64,000 nt of DNA from Vulcanimicrobiota bacterium (GTDB taxonomy: Bacteria; Vulcanimicrobiota; Vulcanimicrobiia; Vulcanimicrobiales; Vulcanimicrobiaceae): NCBI GenBank assembly GCA_963812155.1, contig CAWETW010000001.1:640001-704000 (forward strand). Direction: 5' to 3'. The translations under genes and the position numbers were made by a program. Under the pieces are notes generated by a model. That model was not told the DNA's origin, did no database searches, and saw only the letters and a list, made by a program, of their open reading frames with translations. Positions 1-9,798 of the stretch are shown here, piece after piece (positions within the stretch are counted from its first letter, which is position 1; each line of letters starts with the position of its first letter).

Positions 1-89
1 CGCTGCGCGTTCGGCTGGAAACGCTCAATCAGCACGACGTTGTAGTGCTGTCGCAAATCGCGAATTTGGTAATGCCGGCGCGTGCGTAA
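1..89 (+). CDS. 3' end of a gene entering the window, possibly a MaoC/hotdog-fold dehydratase
   Basis: Manual translation from base 3: LRVRLETLNQHDVVVLSQIANLVMPARA, stop TAA 87-89; the ETLNQ..VV motif resembles MaoC C-termini. Confidence 0.45.
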   Translation, partial: LRVRLETLNQHDVVVLSQIANLVMPARA

Positions 90-117
90 TCCGGTCGATG
101 TAGAGTTTGGTCCCTAA

Positions 118-162
118 CCCGAGATTGGTATCTCGGGGGCCAGCATCGTTAATCTGGCCCCC
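118..162. terminator. Two overlapping hairpins between convergent genes; probable terminator
   Basis: CCCGAGAT(118-125)/ATCTCGGG(130-137) and GGGGGCCAG(135-143)/CTGGCCCCC(154-162). Confidence 0.5.
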
Positions 163-181
163 AAGATGATACGGGGAGAAG

Positions 182-1225
182 CTAGATGTGCTTCGCTGCT
201 ACGACACCGAGTGGTTCGTCGAAGCTGCCCGTAAGGATCGCAACCGCGGCACCACCGGCTGGGTACGCGAACACCTCGCCGTCGTTGTTTCCGGCGTCGC
301 CGCAGTAGATCAGACCTTTAACGATCCAGGTTTGCGCGCAGTCGCTCGCTCCAGAGTATTGGATCGTGCGCTTGAGCGTGGCCGTCGTTCCGCTCACCGT
401 GTACCGATACGTTTCGCTCGTGATCTGATCGAAGACGGTGATGAAATTTCCATCCCACTGCACGGATCCGGGGAACTGGGGAGAGTTGCTCGTTTTGATG
501 GTCACGAAGTTCTTGGCGCCTGCAGGAAGCTCGACGAGCGTGAAGTTCCCGTTCGCATCGAAGCCGTCGGCAAAGAGATTGCCGCTCGGGTCGTAACCGC
601 AGAAATACTCTCTGGCCAAGGGCGTGGGATAGACCTTGCCCGTCCCAGTTGCTCCCTTGAAAATGATGACCTGCCCGGCGTTGCTGAAGCTATCACCCAG
701 CAGAACTCCGACTGCAAGGTCGCCGTTTTTATTCATGGCGCAGCTGGACGTGTACGTATAGTTGAGGGGCAGCGTCTTGAGCACCTTATTGCTGGGGACG
801 GCGTATTCGGTAATCACGTTATTGGTACGCCCCGCGTTCCACATGATGTTTTTCCCGTAGCCTTGCAGACGGTTCGTGCACCCCTGGCCGCCGGCACCGT
901 TAAGCGTACCGACCTGGTTGGTGCTGGTCGGATAGTTGAACATGCTGGCGTACGAGTAATAGAAGTTGAAGACGTACTCGTACTGCGTGACTTTAGCATT
1001 TGGGACGAGCTGAGCGTAACGAGGAAGCGGGTTGATCCTCGCCGCCGTCGTCGGCTTTCCATGGAGAAACAGCGTCTTGCCGACGTAGTGCGGCTTGAGC
1101 GAGACGGCTTCGCTCGACGAAGCGGCCGAGCCCAGCGGCGCGACCGACGAGCCGCTTCCGCATGCCGAAACAACTGCAAGTGCGACGATGGCGCCGGCGC
1201 ACTTTAGTAAACCACGGGTGTTCAT
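182..1225 (-). CDS. Secreted lipoprotein, probable beta-propeller
   Basis: ATG at 1225 preceded by AAAGGAG; lipobox-like VVSAC; Ser-rich linker; repeated beta-rich blades ending PLGVVAA. Confidence 0.75.
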   Translation of the reverse strand: MNTRGLLKCAGAIVALAVVSACGSGSSVAPLGSAASSSEAVSLKPHYVGKTLFLHGKPTTAARINPLPRYAQLVPNAKVTQYEYVFNFYYSYASMFNYPTSTNQVGTLNGAGGQGCTNRLQGYGKNIMWNAGRTNNVITEYAVPSNKVLKTLPLNYTYTSSCAMNKNGDLAVGVLLGDSFSNAGQVIIFKGATGTGKVYPTPLAREYFCGYDPSGNLFADGFDANGNFTLVELPAGAKNFVTIKTSNSPQFPGSVQWDGNFITVFDQITSETYRYTVSGTTATLKRTIQYSGASDCAQTWIVKGLIYCGDAGNNDGEVFAYPAGGAAVAILTGSFDEPLGVVAAKHI

Positions 1226-1412
1226 TAACCTTGCTCCTTTGAAATTATCAGGCGTCGTGCCCGGCTTCTTGCAGTGTGAGGCATAGTTGCCAACCAGCAC
1301 GGCTAATAGCAGCACTGGCGTGCGCTTCGACTGGGATTTGGGCCCGGCCTCCGTGAGCGCATTCATGAATCGCTTTATTGACGCACGGGGCGCATCGCGG
1401 CAGGTAGTGCCA

Positions 1413-1456
1413 GTCCTTCGACTGCGCGCCTGCGGGCGCTTCGCTCAGGATGACAC
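1413..1456 (-). repeat. REP-like element copy
   Basis: Minus strand GTGTCATCCTGAGCGAAGCGCCCGCAGGCGCGCAGTCGAAGGAC; matches other copies in the window. Confidence 0.85.
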
Positions 1457-1547
1457 AACCAGCGCCACTGCTCACGGTCAGGTGGGGTGCGCGCTGCGGT
1501 CGGCGTGGCACCAATTAGCGGCGGTCAGCCGTGACACGGTTAGACGG

Positions 1548-4048
1548 TCAGGATGACACGGCGGGTTCGGGCGGCGCAGCGGCGGGCGGTTCGACAGACG
1601 GAATCTTCGAATACTTCATCTTGTCGGGATCGTCGGGATCGACGTCGCCGAGGATGTGATCGCCGCTGCCGAAGACGCCTTTAATCATCTCCTCGGCCAA
1701 CTCGTCTTCGACCATGCGCTGAATCGCGCGCCGCAACGGACGCGCGCCGAACTGTGGATCCCAACCTTTGCGCGCGAGCAAAAGTTTGCCCGCATCGGTG
1801 ACCTTGAGATCCATCTCCTGCGCCTTGACTTCGCGGACGACTTTTTCGAGCTCGAGCGTCACGATTTGCTCGATCTCTTCTCGCGTCAGTTGATGGAACA
1901 CGACGATCTCGTCAACGCGGTTGAGGAACTCGGGGCGGAACGTCGTCTTCACTTCCTCGAGCACTTTATTCTTCATGCGCTCGTAGGCTTTTTGTTCGTC
2001 TTCCGCCGTGCTCTTTTGCGGGCGGAAACCGATATCTGTGGTCGTAGCCATGCCGGTCGCGCCGACGTTCGACGTCATCACGAGCACGCAGTTCTTGAAA
2101 TCGACTTGGCGGCCCTGAGAGTCGGTCAGACGGCCGTCGTCGAGCACTTGCAGCAAGAGATTGAAGACATCGGGGTGCGCCTTTTCGATTTCGTCGAGCA
2201 GCACGACTGCATACGGACGGCGACGCACCGCTTCGGTGAGTTGTCCGCCTTCTTCATATCCCACGTATCCCGGCGGCGCTCCGACGAGCCGGCTCACCGA
2301 ATACTTCTCCATGTACTCCGACATGTCGATGCGAATCATCGATTCGTCGTCGTCGAACAGCAATGCCGCGACGCTGCGCGCGACTTCGGTTTTCCCGACG
2401 CCGGTCGGCCCCAGGAAGATGAACGAGCCGATCGGCCGGCTCGGATTCTTGAGGCCGGCGCGCGAACGGCGAATGGCGCGCGTAATCACTTCGATCGCTT
2501 CGTCTTGGCCGACGACGCGCTCGTGCAGCAGATCCTTCATCTTCAGCAGTTTGGCGGTTTCGGCTTCGGCGAGGCGGCTCACCGGGATGCGCGTCCACGC
2601 CGATACGATGTCGGCGACGTTTTCCGCGGTCACGCGCAGAATGCGGTCGGCTTGCAATCGGCGTTCCTGCCACTGCTGCTCGAGGCGCGCCGCTCGAGGC
2701 GCAACTTCTCTTCGCGGTCGCGAATGGCGGCGGCTTTGTCGAACTCCTGATTCTTGACGACGGCTTCTTTTTCGGCGACAACCGAGCGCAGCTGCGCATC
2801 GATCTCGCGAACTTCCGGCGGCGGAAGCGTTGCCTGCAAACGTACGCGCGAACTCGCTTCGTCGATGAGGTCGACGGCTTTATCGGGAAGGAAGCGATCG
2901 GTGATGTAGCGATCGCTCAACTTTGCCGCTGCGCTCAGCGCTTCGTCGGTGATCTGAACCTTGTGGTGCGCTTCGTAGCGGTCGCGCAGGCCCTTAAGGA
3001 TCTCGACCGTTTCGGCGACGCTAGGCTCGCCGACCATCACCGGCTGGAAGCGCCGTTCGAGTGCCGAGTCCTTTTCGATGTGCTTGCGAAATTCGTTGAG
3101 GGTCGTCGCACCGATGCACTGCAGTTCGCCGCGCGCGAGCGCCGGCTTGATGATGTTGCTGGCGTCGATCGCGCCTTCGGCTGCGCCCGCACCGACGAGC
3201 GTGTGCAGTTCGTCGATAAAAAGGATGATCTCGCCGGCGGCGCCGCGGATTTCGTCCATGACGCGCTTCATGCGCTCTTCGAACTCGCCGCGGTACTTCG
3301 TGCCGGCAACTAAGCCCGCCAAGTCGAGCGTGATGACGCGCCGGTCGCGCAGCGGTTCGGGAATGTCGCCCTTGATGACGCGCTGCGCCAGACCTTCGGC
3401 GATCGCCGTCTTGCCGACGCCGGGCTCGCCGATGAGCGCCGGGTTGTTTTTCGTACGCCGCGAGAGAATCTGAATGACGCGCTCGATCTCGTTGTTGCGG
3501 CCGATGACCGGATCGAGTTTGTTGTCGCGCGCGAGCTGGGTGAGGTCGCGCCCGTACGCGTCGAGCGTCGGCGTCTTGCTCTTGCCCTTAGGCGCGGGCG
3601 GCTGCCCTTCGGCCCCAAGCAGCGAGGTCGTCTGCACGCGGACCTTGGCCGGGTCGACGCCGAGGTTGGTGAGCACGCGAGCGGCGACGCCTTCGCCCTC
3701 GCGGATGAGTCCGAGCAGGAGGTGCTCGGTTCCGATGTAGTTGTGGTTGAGCTGGCGGGCCTCTTCGAAGGCGAGCTCGATGACGCGCTTGGCGCGCGGA
3801 GTGAAGACCATCTCCTGCTGGACGGTCTGGCCGCCGCGGCCGACGATGGCCTCGACTTCTTGGCGGACCTTGGCGAGGTTGACGCCGAGCGACTCGAGCA
3901 CTTTGGCGGCAAGGCTCTCGCCCTCGGAGATGATTCCGAGCAGAATATGCTCGGTCCCTATGTAATTGTTGCCGAGGCGCTGCGCCTCTTCTTGAGCGAG
4001 CACGATGCTACGACGCGCTCGCTCGGTGAAGGGCTCCCACATTGACAT
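1548..4048 (-). CDS. clpC: ATP-dependent Clp protease ATP-binding subunit ClpC; one -1 frameshift near 2688
   Basis: Two Clp-N repeats, NBD1 [11 protein letters not shown]-like M domain, NBD2 [15 protein letters not shown]; ORFs 2630-4048 and 1548-2657 join as [19 protein letters not shown] when one base is restored. Confidence 0.95.
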
Positions 4049-4213
4049 CGGTTTCGGCTATCCTTTCCGCGCGTTACCTTGTAACTCTACCGCAGCCGGA
4101 CCGGTTTCGTAACGCGAACCGCCTTAAGTCTCTTGTCGGACGCGGGGCTTGCCAGGTCCTTCCTTAAAGGGTGTTCCAGGTGTTTTGCGAGGGTACGCGG
4201 GGAATCCCGACTC

Positions 4214-4525
4214 ATGCCGACCGTTGAGCAGGTGCGCGATGCGCTCGTCGACGTCAAGGACCCCGAGTTGAACCTCGGCATCCTTGAACTGGGTTAAGTT
4301 TACGACATTGCAGTCGAAGGCGAAAACGGCGAGCACGTCAACGTCATGATGACGCTGACCTCGCCGATGTGCCCGGTCGGGCCGATGTTCAAGAAGTCGG
4401 TCGAAGACAAAGTGCTCTCGCTCGAGGGCGTCAAAGACGCGAACGTCGAGATCACCTTCACACCGCCGTGGGACCCACGCACCATGGCATCCGACGACGT
4501 GAAAGTGCTGCTCGGTATCTGGTAA
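4214..4525 (+). CDS. Metal-sulfur cluster assembly factor (SufT/PaaD/DUF59 family); in-frame TAA at 4295-4297
   Basis: Manual translation MPTVEQVRDALVDVKDPELNLGILELG*VYDI...MTLTSPMCPVG...FTPPW...LLGIW; DPE, TLTxPxCP and PPW motifs; absent from ORF track. Confidence 0.88.
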
Positions 4526-4551
4526 GCCCCTCAACCCAAAGGAGCACCGTC

Positions 4552-5925
4552 ATGAATCGTAGCCGCTTCTTGCTTTCCTCTGCGTCGGCCACCGCACTCG
4601 CCGCCTGTTCGTCCCCTAACGCATTCATCGAACCCGTATCGCGCGGATTCCAGCGCCAAGGTTCGCCGTTCGCAAAGACCCTCTTCACGCGGATGGAGAT
4701 CGAAGAGTTCAGCAAGCACCCCGATCTCGTAGCAGCACTCCGCACGGGCATTCAAACGATGCGTGACGTCGTCGACCCGAGAAACACGGGAAGCTACAAA
4801 TACTGGCACAACAGCCACTGGATGCCCGCCGGCAATCCTCCGCCCGATATGATTTCCGTTTGGAATCAATGCAAGCACGCAGATTCATTTTTCATCTCGT
4901 GGCACCGCGGCTTCTTATACTACTTCGAACAAATATTGCGTCAGGCGTCGGGCAACAAAAACTTTTGCTTGCCGTATTGGGACTACTACAAGAATCCGAA
5001 TCTTCCGAAGATCTTTACCGAACCGACGCTGAAGGACGGCGCCGCCAACCCGCTCTACTGGTCGAGACGGCAGCGTACGAACGTGCCAGGTTTGACGTTT
5101 AGCGCGTTCGACGACAGCGTGACCGTCTTTCCGTGGGGACCGGGCACAACTTTCGAGGACCTGGCCGAGCGCAATCCGCACAACCGCGTGCACGACCAAG
5201 TCGGCGGCTCGATGGGGCAAGTGCCATCAGCGCCTCAGGACCCCATCTTCTGGGTGCATCACTGCAATATCGACCGCTATTGGTCGGCGTGGATCGCGGC
5301 GGGGAATGGCCGTCACATGCCGCCTGACAACGACGGGCTGTTTTGGAACCAGCGGTTTGCCTACAACCTCGGCGGATCGTGGAACGTCAGCGTTCGTGAA
5401 ATGAACGATTCGAAAAACCTCGGGTATACCTACGATAGCCTTTCGCTGCCCACGCCGCCGCGGAACGCTTTACTGCCGGCACGGCCGCCGGTTGCTGCGA
5501 GGGGTGTGCAGAACTCCGCCGGCGCGATCTCGCTGGGCCTGCGACCGGTAACGATTGAAATTCCGCTCGAAGGCCTCGTCGCGAGCGCACGCTCGGTGTC
5601 GATTGAGCTCGACGGAGTGCAACTTACGGCTCTTGGCGCACGCGGCGGCTACAGTTTCGGAGTCTATGCCAATCTACCGATGGCCCGAGCGCCGATTACG
5701 CAGGCACGCTCGTTCGAAATCGGTGAGTTCGGGAGCTTCGAACTGTCGATGCCGCGCATGAACGGCATGGCGATGTCGCCGGGCGGCGCGAGGACGCTTC
5801 AATTCACGGCGACCGGACCGGGGACATCGCTGTTCCTCTCCTTCGTCGCCTTCGGTGGCCCGGCCGGCGTGACCAGCGATGCGGAACTCGTGCGGATCGG
5901 CCGGATCAGCGTGGCGCCGCATTAG
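4552..5925 (+). CDS. Tyrosinase / type-3 copper protein with Tat-like lipoprotein signal
   Basis: RBS AAAGGAG; MNRSRFL...LAAC; CuA H...CKH...FISWHR; LPYWD; CuB HNRVH...DPIFWVHHCNIDR. Confidence 0.9.
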   Translation: MNRSRFLLSSASATALAACSSPNAFIEPVSRGFQRQGSPFAKTLFTRMEIEEFSKHPDLVAALRTGIQTMRDVVDPRNTGSYKYWHNSHWMPAGNPPPDMISVWNQCKHADSFFISWHRGFLYYFEQILRQASGNKNFCLPYWDYYKNPNLPKIFTEPTLKDGAANPLYWSRRQRTNVPGLTFSAFDDSVTVFPWGPGTTFEDLAERNPHNRVHDQVGGSMGQVPSAPQDPIFWVHHCNIDRYWSAWIAAGNGRHMPPDNDGLFWNQRFAYNLGGSWNVSVREMNDSKNLGYTYDSLSLPTPPRNALLPARPPVAARGVQNSAGAISLGLRPVTIEIPLEGLVASARSVSIELDGVQLTALGARGGYSFGVYANLPMARAPITQARSFEIGEFGSFELSMPRMNGMAMSPGGARTLQFTATGPGTSLFLSFVAFGGPAGVTSDAELVRIGRISVAPH

Positions 5926-5946
5926 CGCAGATGAGTTGACAGCGCG

Positions 5947-5955
5947 TGGTACGAT
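5947..5955 (+). promoter_or_regulatory. Candidate extended -10 promoter for the leader/MFS transcript
   Basis: TGgTACGAT, 9 nt before leader ATG 5965. Confidence 0.4.
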
Positions 5956-5964
5956 AGGCCTGTT

Positions 5965-6012
5965 ATGAAACCCGTTCGTTTTGGGGTATTTCCCGCTCAC
6001 ACGCACCGATAA
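5965..6012 (+). CDS. Putative 15-aa leader peptide MKPVRFGVFPAHTHR
   Basis: Short ORF whose stop overlaps the antiterminator arm upstream of an intrinsic terminator and an efflux gene. Confidence 0.6.
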   Translation: MKPVRFGVFPAHTHR

Positions 6013-6071
6013 CCCGGACCGAACGCTCGTTGGTTCTGAAACCGAGGTTATCGCCTCGGTTTCTTCTTTTT
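6007..6071 (+). promoter_or_regulatory. Transcription attenuator (antiterminator plus intrinsic terminator)
   Basis: Terminator GAAACCGAGG(6038-6047)/CCTCGGTTTC(6054-6063) plus TTCTTTTT; CGATAACCCGG(6007-6017) complementary to CCGAGGTTATCG(6042-6053) with one bulge. Confidence 0.75.
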
Positions 6072-6088
6072 GACGAGGAGCAAGCATC

Positions 6089-7543
6089 TTGCGACGGCTT
6101 TCATATTCTTTCGACTCGCGCTGGAGCGCGCTGATCGTCCTGTGCACCGGAATGTTGATGATCGTTCTCGACAACACGGTCGTCAACGTCGCGCTTTCCT
6201 CCATTCAGCACGACCTCGGCTTTACCAACGCCGGGCTCGCGTGGCCCGTAAATGCGTACATGATCGCATTCGGCGGTACGTTGCTGTTGGCGGGTCGCTT
6301 GGGCGATCTCGTCGGTACGAAACGCATCTTTGCGGTCGGCATCTGCATTTTCACCGTTGCCTCGTTACTCTGCGGCCTTTCGAATTCACAGTGGATGTTG
6401 GTCGGCGCGCGCTTCGTTCAAGGCCTAGGAGGCGCGATGGCGTCGGCGGTCATTTTAGCGATGATTTTCACCACGTTCACCGGCGCGCACGACCGCGCGA
6501 AAGCGCTTTCCGTGTTCAGCTTCACCGCCTCGGCCGGCGGATCGGTGGGACTGCTCGTCGGCGGCGTACTCACGCAAGCCCTCAATTGGCACTGGATCTT
6601 TTTCGTGAACGTTCCCATTGGAATTGCCACATATTTCTTTGCGAAGCGCATTATCCCGGATGCGCACGGCATCGGCATACAGGAGGGCGCCGACGGCTTC
6701 GGAGCGTCCATGTTGACGCTGTCGCTCATGCTGGCGGTCTACGCGGTCGTGCAGGTGCCTCAAGGCGAATCGTTGTGGCAGATCGGGGCATGCGGCGCGG
6801 TCAGCGTCGCCCTTATGGCGATGTTCGTCGTTCGTCAGGCACGCAGCGAGAAGCCGTTGCTTCCCTTGCACGTATTTCGTGCCCCCAACGTCGTCTGGAG
6901 CAACGTCCTTCAAGTGCTCGTCGTCACCGGTCTGTTTGCGTTCTTCTTCCTTTACTCGCTGTACTTGCGCCGAGTGCTGGAGTACGACGCGATCCGAACG
7001 GGGCTCGCATTCCTTCCGATCACGATCGCAATCGGCATCCTCTCGGTTGGCCCGTCGGCACGCCTCATGCAGCGTTTCGGACCGCGCGTACCGCTGATCG
7101 CGGGTCTTCTCTTGTCGGCAGCGGGCCTCGCGGTGTTTGCGCTTGCGTCCCCGCACGCGTCGTTCGCAGCCGTGATTCTTCCGGCAATGTTGCTCATGGG
7201 CGTCGGGATGGGCATCGCATTCCCGTGCGTGATGGATTTTGCCATGTCGACCGCCACCCCATCGGACGCCGGGCTCATTTCCGGATTGGTCAATACCAGC
7301 GCCGAGGTCGGCGGGGCGCTTGGTCTCGCGGTGCTCGCTGCAATCGCTGCCACGTACACGAGCTCCGCTCTTTCCGCCGGGCTCTCATCCTCGGAAGCGC
7401 TGACCGCGGGGTATCGCCTTGCATTCGGCATCTGCACGATCTGCCTGCTCTTGAGCGCCGCGATATCCGCGTTTGGATTGCAGATGCCGAGGACCACTCG
7501 CGAAGGGTGCGCGCGCGGTGCCGTGCAACACGCACGACGATGA
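6089..7543 (+). CDS. DHA2 (EmrB/QacA-like) MFS drug efflux transporter
   Basis: RBS GAGGAG then [24 protein letters not shown] motif [13 protein letters not shown]; about 14 hydrophobic segments. Confidence 0.9.
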   Translation: MRRLSYSFDSRWSALIVLCTGMLMIVLDNTVVNVALSSIQHDLGFTNAGLAWPVNAYMIAFGGTLLLAGRLGDLVGTKRIFAVGICIFTVASLLCGLSNSQWMLVGARFVQGLGGAMASAVILAMIFTTFTGAHDRAKALSVFSFTASAGGSVGLLVGGVLTQALNWHWIFFVNVPIGIATYFFAKRIIPDAHGIGIQEGADGFGASMLTLSLMLAVYAVVQVPQGESLWQIGACGAVSVALMAMFVVRQARSEKPLLPLHVFRAPNVVWSNVLQVLVVTGLFAFFFLYSLYLRRVLEYDAIRTGLAFLPITIAIGILSVGPSARLMQRFGPRVPLIAGLLLSAAGLAVFALASPHASFAAVILPAMLLMGVGMGIAFPCVMDFAMSTATPSDAGLISGLVNTSAEVGGALGLAVLAAIAATYTSSALSAGLSSSEALTAGYRLAFGICTICLLLSAAISAFGLQMPRTTREGCARGAVQHARR

Positions 7544-9093
7544 AGACGACGCGCGAGAAGTACGACGAGCTCGCCCGAAAACGCCGCCAGGCGGAGACGC
7601 CCGGTGGCAGCGAGGCTGCCGAAAAGCAGCACGCGCGCGGTAAGCGCACCGCCGCCGAACGCGTCACGGCGCTCGTCGATTCCGGCTCCTTCACCGAGTT
7701 CGACCGCTTCGTCGTGCACCGCACCAACGCGTTCGGGCTCGACGAAAAAGAGTTTCTCGGCGACGGCGTCGTGACGGGACGCGCCACCATCGACGGCCGC
7801 CAAGTCTTCCTCTTCTCTCAAGATTTTACGGTTCTCGGCGGCTCGCTGGGCGAAGCGTACGCCGAAAAAATCTGCAAGGTGATGGATCTCGCGGTGCGCA
7901 CCGGCGCGCCGATCGTCGGCATCAACGATTCGGGCGGCGCACGCATTCAGGAAGGCGTCGTTTCGCTCGGCGGCTATGCCGAAATCTTTTGGCGCAACGT
8001 GGCCGCCAGCGGCGTCGTTCCGCAAATTAGTCTGATCGCCGGACCGTGCGCCGGCGGCGCGGTCTACTCGCCCGCAATCACCGATTTCATCCTCATGACC
8101 GAACGGATCTCGCAGATGTTCATCACCGGCCCCGAAATCATCAAGACGGTCACCGGCGAGGACGTGACGTTTGAAGAACTCGGGGGCGCCACGACGCACG
8201 CAACGCGCAGCGGCGTCGCGCATCTGGTCGCATCCGACGAAGACGAACTCAACGCGTTGACGCGTTCGCTGCTGTCGTATCTTCCGCAGAACAATCTCGA
8301 GGATCCGCCGCGCTTCGCCTGCGACGACGATCCGCATCGTAAGGTCGACGCGCTCGACGACGTCGTTCCCGAGGCGGCCAACAAACCGTACGACATGCGC
8401 GATGTCGTCACGGCCGTGCTCGATTACGAGGACTTCTTCGAAATCCAGCCGGCGTATGCGCGCAACGTGCTCTGCGGATTCGGCCGCGTCGCGGGACGCA
8501 CCGTCGGCATCGTGGCCAACCAGCCGAACGTGCTCGCGGGCGTGCTCGACATCCGCTCGTCGGTCAAGGCGGCGCGCTTCGTGCGCTTTTGCGACGCCTT
8601 CAACATTCCGCTCGTGACGTTCGTCGACGTTCCCGGGTTCTTGCCGGGAACCGATCAAGAGTACGGCGGCATCATTCTTCATGGTGCGAAACTGCTCTAC
8701 GCGTTCGCGGAGGCAACCGTTCCGAAGATTACGATCATCACGCGCAAGGCATACGGCGGCGCCTACGACGTCATGGCGAGCAAACACATTCGCGCCGACG
8801 TCAATCTCGCGTGGCCGACCGCCGAGATTGCGGTGATGGGCGCTGAGAGCGCGGTCAAGACGATCTTCCGGCGCGAAATCGCGGCGGCGCCCGATCCGGC
8901 GGCGCGCATGGCGGAGATGGTCGAGGAGTATACCGAACGCTTCGCTAGCCCGTACATCGCGGCGCAGCGCGGCTACGTCGACGACGTCATTCCGGCGCAC
9001 CAGACGCGCGCTGCGATCGCCGATGCACTCGACATGCTCTCGACCAAACGGGTCGAGCGGCCGAAACGCAAGCACGGCAATATCCCTCTGTGA
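7540..9093 (+). CDS. pccB: Acyl-CoA (propionyl-CoA-type) carboxylase carboxyltransferase beta subunit
   Basis: MKTTREK start overlapping MFS stop; [52 protein letters not shown]. Confidence 0.9.
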   Translation: MKTTREKYDELARKRRQAETPGGSEAAEKQHARGKRTAAERVTALVDSGSFTEFDRFVVHRTNAFGLDEKEFLGDGVVTGRATIDGRQVFLFSQDFTVLGGSLGEAYAEKICKVMDLAVRTGAPIVGINDSGGARIQEGVVSLGGYAEIFWRNVAASGVVPQISLIAGPCAGGAVYSPAITDFILMTERISQMFITGPEIIKTVTGEDVTFEELGGATTHATRSGVAHLVASDEDELNALTRSLLSYLPQNNLEDPPRFACDDDPHRKVDALDDVVPEAANKPYDMRDVVTAVLDYEDFFEIQPAYARNVLCGFGRVAGRTVGIVANQPNVLAGVLDIRSSVKAARFVRFCDAFNIPLVTFVDVPGFLPGTDQEYGGIILHGAKLLYAFAEATVPKITIITRKAYGGAYDVMASKHIRADVNLAWPTAEIAVMGAESAVKTIFRREIAAAPDPAARMAEMVEEYTERFASPYIAAQRGYVDDVIPAHQTRAAIADALDMLSTKRVERPKRKHGNIPL

Positions 9094-9797
9094 TGCGCAA
9101 GATTACTGCGGCCGCTGCGTTGGCTGCCGGGCTGCTCACGCCGGCCTTCGCGTCGGCCGCAAGCGATCCCGGACACATCGATGCGTACGTGACGCCATAC
9201 TACAACTCGGCGGGTCCGGCCGTTCGGGTCGGAACCTACAGCGCGGGGCTGGCTTCCAATAACCAGGCGACCGTCGTGGCGACGATTCTTCAGATGAAGC
9301 AGCACTGGAGCCGGCTAAATTTCCTCGAGCTCTACGTCGCCGCGATTCGTTTGTACGATCTCGGCTATCGCAACGAGGCAACCTACTGGTTTTACTCCGC
9401 ACAATACAAAGGACGGCAGTTTGCTCTGTTAGCCGACCCAAAGCGGTTGGGCAGCATCGGCAATCGCGCCTTCGAACTCTACCACGCGCAGGATGGGTTT
9501 CTTCAACTCGTCGGACCGTCCATCAACGGCTACGCGTTCGGCGACATAGACCCGCTGGTGCGCACCATCCGAAAGGTGCAGAGCGAAAATCATACCGTCC
9601 TGGATATGCCGGCGCTCTATCCGGGCGTCGCATTTATCCCAAAGGCGCAGTGGCAGCGCGCGAACGAAAAACTCAATGCCGGTTTAGGCGAACTCGCATC
9701 GTCACTCGCCGGCAGTAAAGCCGACATCGCGCGGGAGCGCGCGCAAAACGGAACCCAGGCGCGTTTGGCACACTTGACCAGCCGTCCTTTCCCGTGA
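9093..9797 (+). CDS. Secreted hypothetical protein
   Basis: Sec signal [20 protein letters not shown]; abuts pccB stop. Confidence 0.7.
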   Translation: MRKITAAAALAAGLLTPAFASAASDPGHIDAYVTPYYNSAGPAVRVGTYSAGLASNNQATVVATILQMKQHWSRLNFLELYVAAIRLYDLGYRNEATYWFYSAQYKGRQFALLADPKRLGSIGNRAFELYHAQDGFLQLVGPSINGYAFGDIDPLVRTIRKVQSENHTVLDMPALYPGVAFIPKAQWQRANEKLNAGLGELASSLAGSKADIARERAQNGTQARLAHLTSRPFP

Positions 9798-9798
9798 G

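Noticed and set aside
1548..4048. Naturally split or programmed-frameshift clpC
   Set aside because: One missing base restores a canonical ClpC; no slippery site; many similar indels in the window
5936..5941. TTGACA as a -35 box
   Set aside because: No -10 hexamer at 16-18 bp spacing
6070..9093. 1007-aa ORF suggesting a large carboxyltransferase fusion
   Set aside because: The N-terminal half is an off-frame shadow of the MFS gene; the real protein starts at 7540
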